Origin: Rhynchopus sp. YZ270_cl-10
Taxonomy: Eukaryota
Assembly (NCBI GenBank): GCA_964035575.1
Contig: OZ037842.1
Location: forward strand, 992,001-1,056,000
Direction of reading: 5' to 3'
Length of the DNA stretch: 64,000 nt
A program made the translations under genes and the position numbers. Numbering within the stretch: position 1 is the first letter of the stretch; the number at the start of each line of letters is the position of its first letter. Under the pieces are notes generated by a model. That model saw only the letters and a program-made list of their open reading frames with translations. It was not told where the DNA came from and searched no databases. Positions 59,304 through 64,000 of the stretch are shown in pieces.

Positions 59304-60029
59304 GAAAAAAATATAGCACTTTTCAACAACATTTTACCCCCCTCTCCTCACGTCAAAAGAGCACGGGGATGTCTTTATTTTTCCTTCTTTCTTTTTGGGA
59401 GTGGGTACTCTGTCAAATGCTGCCTTTAGGTTGCATGATTTTTTTTGCAAAATGTGTGTTTAACAATCCCACCCAAGAGGGGTGCTAACTATCACCGTTG
59501 TTTTGCAACACCCAAAGCGGAAAATGTGCATCCTTTTCCATCAACAATTGATTCTTTTACAAGATATGCCCTGGGCATATTCTAATCACGTTCTTATCCG
59601 CTTTCACCCTCTTTTCATGGTGGTGCCGATTTCCATCAGTGCCCGGTGAACCTTTCCCATATATAACCAAAAAAAAAACCTTCATCCACACAACTTTCGC
59701 TTTCGCGAGCCAAAAAAAAAGACAAAAGAAACCCAGGGGTAACAAGGTCACCGTGCACTTTTATTGCAGTGATCTATAGGTGGAGTAAAAAAACAGGGTT
59801 AAAAAACTGAGATTTTGGGATTTTCAAACCCTCAGGGAGGGGGTATGTTTTTTAAATACCCCATCAGCTGTTTCTTGTATGACTGTATTCAAATCACACA
59901 CCTCTCTATCACAATTTTCTCCAGGCCCGTTGGTACCGAACTGCATTTTTTTAAAAGGGTGACTAAACAGAGACCCATATTTCCTACTTTCTCCCTCTCC
60001 CTCTCCTATTCTCTCCGTTTCTCTTAAAA

Positions 60030-61241
60030 ATGGCGCCAAAAAAAAGGAAAAAGCGTGTCAGGGATGAGGATGATGTTGGCGAGCAGGCGTTGTTGAGGAG
60101 GAAGGGGGTGCATGCGGAGGTTATCCCGCAGTTGGTGCAGAATGCGGATCCTCAGGGGGCGACTTTGGTGTACGACACGGTGATGCGTTTGGCACGACGT
60201 GTGTTGATACGCCCTTACGATGCGAACTACCGATCTGTCGACGTAGAACCCGGTATCCCTGCAGACTACTATCGAAACTACCAACTAGACATGCCCAACG
60301 TACGCACCGTGAGGCTCCCCTTTGCTGTCACCCCGTACGAAGCGCATGCTTTGTACCTGACAGTGCGTTCCCATGCTGTTGCACTGCTCTATTCAAATGT
60401 GATGCCCCCTTCCTTCAGGCCAACAGAAGAGTGGACAACGCTGCTTCTCGCGTATTCTCGGAATGCTCTGCGTGAAGGAAAATCAACTCTTCCTCTGCGA
60501 AATCGTAATGTAATAAAACTCTGGGAAATTGGAGAAAAAGTTTTGACCGCAGCTGGGGCAGTGAAAACAGACGAAGCGATTGTGCTTACACACAAAGCTG
60601 CAGTAGTAATGCGTGCCTTAGGAAGGGTACTCCGGGCAGTCGAACCAAAACGGTTTTCAGTTCATGTTGTTCCAAATCTTGCATTGGAAAATGTGAATGA
60701 GGTGGCACCGTATTCATCACACTGCGATGTTGTTGTTGTAATGGACGTTCAGTTAGAGGCACTAACAGAATTAGCTTCGTTGTTAAATGGAATGCGTTTC
60801 TTTTGTGGTAACATTCAACAGACCGGGGTAGGTATCATTGTTCGAGGCCTTTTCCCCGAAGCGGCGGAGGTGATGAAGGAGACTGTCGGATCCTCTCTTG
60901 TCCTGAGCATCCGGCTGTCCTTGCAGGCACCCCCATTGGTAGTCACGACGCACAACTTTGTTGGATTAGATTCATACCTTCCTCCTGCAGGCATCATATG
61001 TTCAGGCGAGCCTGTCATCGGGGGGGCAAGAGGAGGCTCGCTAATAGCATCTCTTCCCATGGTAGGGGTGCAGGCAATAGGAGACGCCCCCTGCCGTGCG
61101 CTCGGCAGCACCACCGTGCCCATCGTCATCGGTACCCACCCTAGAACCACCTCCAGAAGTAGCCCCACAATGGTACCCCCAATCCTCGATACATTTCGTG
61201 TAGATTATCTGATTGAAGGGTATCCTGAAGGGCATGAATAA
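60030..61241 (+). CDS. Hypothetical protein (403 aa) with basic N-terminal NLS-like motif
   Basis: Uninterrupted ORF after a pyrimidine tract; begins MAPKKRKKRV. No family recognised. Confidence 0.75.
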   Translation: MAPKKRKKRVRDEDDVGEQALLRRKGVHAEVIPQLVQNADPQGATLVYDTVMRLARRVLIRPYDANYRSVDVEPGIPADYYRNYQLDMPNVRTVRLPFAVTPYEAHALYLTVRSHAVALLYSNVMPPSFRPTEEWTTLLLAYSRNALREGKSTLPLRNRNVIKLWEIGEKVLTAAGAVKTDEAIVLTHKAAVVMRALGRVLRAVEPKRFSVHVVPNLALENVNEVAPYSSHCDVVVVMDVQLEALTELASLLNGMRFFCGNIQQTGVGIIVRGLFPEAAEVMKETVGSSLVLSIRLSLQAPPLVVTTHNFVGLDSYLPPAGIICSGEPVIGGARGGSLIASLPMVGVQAIGDAPCRALGSTTVPIVIGTHPRTTSRSSPTMVPPILDTFRVDYLIEGYPEGHE

Positions 61242-61612
61242 AAAGGGGGGAGGAGAAGGAGGAGGAGGGAGGGAGGGGAGGGGAGGGGAGGGGTGAAGCA
61301 AAACCCTAGGGGAAAATATACAAAGTAGAGATGGAGTAGTGGGTCATTTAAAAACTTTCTAAGAATGTGTGATATGCATTTTTTAAGGCCTATCCATATT
61401 TCAATTTTTTTGGTTTTTGGGTACATTATTAAGTCCGATGATGCCTTCTATTCAGTATAGAAAGTGTACGAAATGCTCTTTTCAAATGTAAACCACGAAA
61501 AATGGATATAATTGCATGGTTGGGGTCCACCAGGGTGCTACCAAGGTACACTGTCAAGAGGGCTTTGTATTTCAAGTCAATTTTCTTTCACCGTGGGTGG
61601 GGTTTTTTTTAA

Positions 61613-62781
61613 CCCTTAGCCAACCAAGGCATTTTTAGGTGTGTTTTTTTGTGTTTTGGGGGTCCAGGCTCTCCAAGAGGCAAAATGTGAAGGGCAACGA
61701 CTTTTTGACCGATTCTGGTCGCAATTGAAAGATTTTGAGCAGAACTTTTGACTATTTATGTTTTGGACTTTTTTTGAAAAAAAAATATTTTGTAAAAATC
61801 CAAAATGCTTGGAAAAAAACACCCAAAAATTCGAGAAAATTAGCTCCCGCAGTCCTCTGACGAAATATGTGTGCAAAACCGGAACTCGAAAATGGCGTTA
61901 TTTGAAAGATCGAGAGCAAATGACATCAGTGTATTTTTTGGGCCGGTTGGGGGGGGTCAGTGACCCCCCCCAAATTTTCTCCGGAAATTTGGGCCGGTGG
62001 GGGGGGTCAGTTTTTTCAGCTGGGTTTGAGGTGTTTCCTCGGCGTGGTGTAAAAAGCTATACATTTACACCGTACCCAAAAAATTTTTCGCCTGCGGCGC
62101 CATTTTTTTTTTGTTTTTTTTGCTCCGCAAAAAAATAAAAATATACAGTTCACTATGTTCCCTGGTCGTGCTGAAAAAAAAAATTGGGCAAAAAAACAAA
62201 CTGACCCCCCCCAAACTTAAAATCTGGATTCCTGGATAAGACACTGAATGACATCAATAAAAAAAAAATCGGTCAGAAATATGGAGTAGAAGTTGTATGA
62301 ACAGCTTGAGAGAGGAACAAAAAATAGTGAAAACCAGTGAAAAGCAGTGAAAACAGTCAAAATCAGTCAAAACCAGTGAAAAACAGTGAAAAGGAGGTGA
62401 AAGTCCTGTTGGTGTGAGGGTGGCTGTGTTACGAATGGGAGGTCGTGCGACCCCGCAATTGCTTTATTTTTGCTCATATGTGACAAATAACATATTTTTG
62501 ACATTTTTTGGGGTCTTGGTTGGGCCTTGGGCACCAACCCAAAAACCAGACAATAACATCAACTTTCAGTGTTCGGGGAGGACAATCCCTGGCGCTGCCT
62601 ACCAAATATGTGGTTGTTTTTTTCTCCCGAAAACATGTTTTTTGGAACGTTTCGTGACAAATCTTTTCAACAAAAAAAAAAAAATCGATCAAAAAGTCCA
62701 AAAAAAAATTTTGTTTACTGGTGTTCTTCATAAAATCCCCCAAAAAAACAACCCCTGTACGGGTTGCTGGTTGGCTAAGGG
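61613..62781. mobile_element. piggyBac-like non-autonomous element
   Basis: TTAA|CCCTTAGCCAACCA ... TGGTTGGCTAAGGG|TTAA. Internal ~10-bp AAAACAGTGA tandem array at ~62321-62392. Confidence 0.88.
61927..62246. mobile_element. hAT-like MITE nested in the piggyBac-like element
   Basis: CAGTGT...ACACTG termini. Perfect 8-bp TSD AATGACAT (61919-26, 62247-54). Shares TTTACACCGTACCCAAAA..GCCTGCGGCGCCATTT with element B. Confidence 0.85.
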
Positions 62782-63794
62782 TTAAGGGGATGTGTGTGTT
62801 CATATTCTCAAGTTTTTTCTTTGTGTTACTTCGGCGCAAATAGAAGAAACGGGGGGGTTTTTTTAAACGAAAACGGTCTGCCTAAGATGGTATCTTATTA
62901 GAAAAAAAAATATACAATGTCCATACATTCAGCGTTATATTAAATGAAATAACGTTATCATTTGACATAATCTTCCCATCTATGTGTGCTACCCTTTATC
63001 TCCTAGCTTCCTTTTATGGGGTTTCCTTCTTGCGAAGCCCTCTGAATAAAAGGTCAATAAACAAACACAAACGAAACCACCATTAAATATGGTCGCAAGA
63101 TTTTTTTTTTAAGAGCCAAAAAAACATTGCTCCGCAACAGAATTTTTATACGATAGCGTCGGGGCTGTATTAAGCAAGAGATAGGACCCATCTTACCAAC
63201 CTTTTTCTCCTTTTTTTCCCCTCGGCAACACATTGTTGGAATTAGTGTACTCAGCACCTGGTTGCAGGCCGTCACTTTTTTCCTCCATATTTCTAGCACC
63301 CAACGTGTGTTTGCAAAGCAAACGAACAAATAAAATGTACCGCCAAAAAACGAACGTCCGACAGATCATAACTATTCCAACATTTGTTTTCTATTCTGCC
63401 TTCGACAACAACAACGATACTATCCGCAAAACATGCACAGGCGACTGCACAATTTTAAAAAAGCCCCCCTTTTTAGATTTAAATTTCTACTTTACCCCCC
63501 AACCACACACCACCCCTCATACCGGAACGGATACAAACAAAACAGCACCATTCTTTCACTTTCTGAGCTGTTAGCGCTGAGCGCACTGGACCCCCCTATT
63601 CCATCCCAGCTTCCTTTAACATCTTCTGGTGTAAGCTGCAGTACTACCAACATGCGTTAGGCCTTCTCTTTGCGCAAACTGCCTTGAGGTAATTGCATCA
63701 TACTGCAAGCCTCACGAACGCAGTGTCCTCTCTCTCTCTCTCTCTCTTTCTCCTCTCCCTTCATCCTCCATGCAGCGTGGGATAGACAAATGCA

Positions 63795-64000
63795 ATGCTT
63801 CGTGCAGCGAACCCCCTTCTGCGGTGCCCCTATGCGATATTAGGCATTGCAAAAGGGGACGACGTGGCTGCGAAAACACGCTTTCGAGAGTTAGCTTTGA
63901 AGCACCACCCTGACCGGGGTGGGGACGAGCAAACCTTCATCCGCGTCAAACAGGCCTATGAGTCGATAGTCACAGGAGTTCCCACGATTGTCCCCACTGC
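63795..64000 (+). CDS. DnaJ/J-domain protein, runs off the window end; MLR-type presequence
   Basis: MLRAANPLLRCPYAILGIAKGDDVAAKTRFRELALKHHPDRGGDEQTFIRVKQAYESI, containing the HPD motif. Confidence 0.9.
   Translation, partial: MLRAANPLLRCPYAILGIAKGDDVAAKTRFRELALKHHPDRGGDEQTFIRVKQAYESIVTGVPTIVPT

Overview
Eukaryotic nuclear DNA, most consistent with a euglenozoan protist that has cis-introns, probably a diplonemid. This is inferred from a trypanosomatid-like FeSOD, an MLR-type presequence, GTATG donors and strict gene co-orientation. I support 20 protein-coding genes, all on the + strand. They include a divergent actin-related protein, a single-lobe calmodulin-like protein, sedolisin S53, a histidine phosphatase, HisD, a cyclin, FeSOD, an RRM+polyQ+YTH protein and a J-domain protein; seven have GT-AG introns that I resolved by hand. 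Intergenic and intronic DNA carries non-autonomous DNA transposons (hAT-like, piggyBac-like, TA-flanked; some nested) and several families of short hairpin-forming repeats that are almost all sense-oriented. The main finding is a 283-nt element present in two identical copies, at 36693-36975 and 38168-38450, the second inside the FeSOD intron. It has the conserved core of an RNase MRP RNA (P1, P2, P3, P4, P19, CR-I/IV/V). Its extended P1 helix is closed by a canonical box C/D snoRNA terminal motif and no Pol III terminator follows, so it is a candidate snoRNA-capped MRP RNA processed from Pol II transcripts. All calls were made by eye; no searches or folding programs were run.
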